DNA of 64,000 nt from Vicugna vicugna (lineage: Eukaryota), in contig MU058205.1 of the NCBI GenBank assembly GCA_013265495.1, positions 136,312 to 200,311 on the forward strand. Reading direction: 5' to 3'. The notes below the pieces were generated by a model that was not told the DNA's origin, made no database searches, and was given only the letters and a program-made list of their open reading frames with translations. The position numbers and the translations under genes are program-made. Below, in pieces: positions 62,484-64,000 of this stretch. Position 1 is the stretch's first letter. Each line of letters opens with the position of its first letter.

Positions 62484-63848
62484 TGCCTCCGAAGTTCAGC
62501 CTATTTTTATTCCCTTTAAAGCTTCAGAAGAGACCTCGGTGGCGGGGCTCTGTGCTGTATTTTGGGCACTGTTCCTGGATGCGTGGGCTTTTGGTTTGAT
62601 TCCCTGACCCTCCTGGGAGATCTGTGAGCTACCCACAAACCTTTGATAAATCCCTGCAACCAAGACCCCAGACTGATACTCGTCCAATGAGCTGGTTCCT
62701 GAGGTTACCAAGTGGGTTCCACTCAAATGCATTTTTCACTGTGACGTTGAACACACCTCCTCTGCTCTCTGTGCCTGGGTTTTACCCCCTCACTGTCCTG
62801 GAGCAGAACCTACATACCTTTTGAAAAGTCCTACTCAATTCCTTGGAATAGAAGTTGCTGAGAAAGTCCACGTTGAGGAGTGAAGAACTCACCGCTGTAT
62901 TACTTGTAATCTGAAGTCATCATTGTATTACGTATAATCCCCTCTCTTTCTTCCTAATTGTTCTGAATTCCTGTCCTTTGTTGTGTTAGTCTGGGTGTGT
63001 CTAATTTGGGTCACTTTGCAGCCCAGACCCACCATTCATGTACAAATGATGGGTTTGAGAAGACTAAATAAAGCTAGAAGACAGCGGAGAAATGCGCTCC
63101 CTCATCACCTCCAGGGAGCCCTCCGTATCCTACCATATGCCAGCCCTAAAAGTCTTAACTCTGAATTTTCATAGTAAAATCAGCAGCTCGGCTCATTTTA
63201 ACCTTGAGAAGTCTGTAGTTTTTCTGGTTCTGTTCAAAGCCACTGAGCATTTGCCTTTTAGTCCTGTTTGGACAGCTGTATACGTGGATCTGTCAGGCAG
63301 ATGGTAGGAAACACACAGCTCCCTTTCCTCTGGATGGTGATAACGATTGAAAGAATGGTAATGATGACTCACGGCCCTGAGCCGCCTCCTCTTGGCTGCT
63401 CCTGCCGAGGGTCGTTGCTAGGAGTTTTCCAGAAGAACATTCCTTCTCTTTGGTGAGGTAGGAGCTAAGGGGGGCAGGTACGAGGGAGATCTGTTTTGAG
63501 TTCTCTACGAATTCTGCTTGGTTTCCTCGGCACGCCGCCGCGGTAAAGCTGGACTTGGTGATGCTGGCCCAGAAATAGCACTCCACCCATGTTCCTCAGT
63601 GAGTCCCACCACTTGGCATCTCCGGGCCACCCAAGAGTAGCCGGAGCTTCTTAGATGGAGAACCAGGATGTTACATGGCGTGACGGGGGAGCGCAGGAGT
63701 CCCAAGCGGCACATGCCCTCCACCACAGCCATCCTCCATTGTAAGGTGTCGTCCCCACCCTGCCCCACTCTGGGCAAACATCAAAGGAAACGTGCTATGA
63801 AATACCAAGTCATGATGAGAATGTTAAGTATTTTAAGCTTTTTTCAGG

Positions 63849-64000
63849 TGATACAGGAAAAACAGATGTGAGGCTTGAAGAGGAACGTGTCTCAGGTCTC
63901 GGTGGCGTCCCTGGGACGTGCCCCGCCAAGTGTGGTTCCTTGGTGTCACGCAGGAAAGAATTCAAGAGTGAGCCACAGTTGAATAAAGGTAGATTTATTT
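63849..64000 (-). mobile_element. ERV1-type LTR, family A copy 4 (cut by the window edge)
   Basis: tgatacaggaaaaacagat...gagtgagccacagttgaataaaggtagatttattt parallels 61839-61990. Confidence 0.88.

Noticed and set aside
7826..63372. Scattered AP-1 TGA(C/G)TCA sites
   Set aside because: About ten seen, close to chance expectation for 64 kb.
61839..64000. Family A copies 3 and 4 as one provirus
   Set aside because: No PBS or PPT, copy 3 has its own near-TSD, and the spacer is not retroviral.

Overview
Mammalian, non-coding, repeat-dominated DNA. It is most likely camelid (alpaca/camel/llama), because it carries six clear copies of a tRNA-derived SINE matching the Vic-1 pattern and I saw no Alu, Bov-A or PRE-1 elements. 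I found no recognisable cellular protein-coding gene, RNA gene or CRISPR. The only ORF-track peptides I recognise are retroelement-derived (L1 ORF1p, L1 ORF2p, ERV gag and integrase). The best-supported structure is an internally deleted class I ERV provirus on the minus strand (23051-26418). It has two 342-bp LTRs, an ATTC target-site duplication (TSD), a tRNA-Ile-like primer-binding site (PBS), a polypurine tract (PPT), and gag joined directly to integrase. The window also holds about nine ERV1-type solo LTRs from at least four families, MaLR/ERVL LTRs, old and lineage-specific L1 pieces (including a twin-primed inversion and several nested insertions), MIR/L2/CR1 remnants and hAT DNA-transposon fossils. 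Unique stretches contain candidate enhancers, a CpG-rich segment and a few well-formed splice-site pairs that could belong to a non-coding transcript. I do not see evidence for a new biological system. Family names come from recalled consensus patterns, not database searches, and the boundaries of old repeats are approximate.
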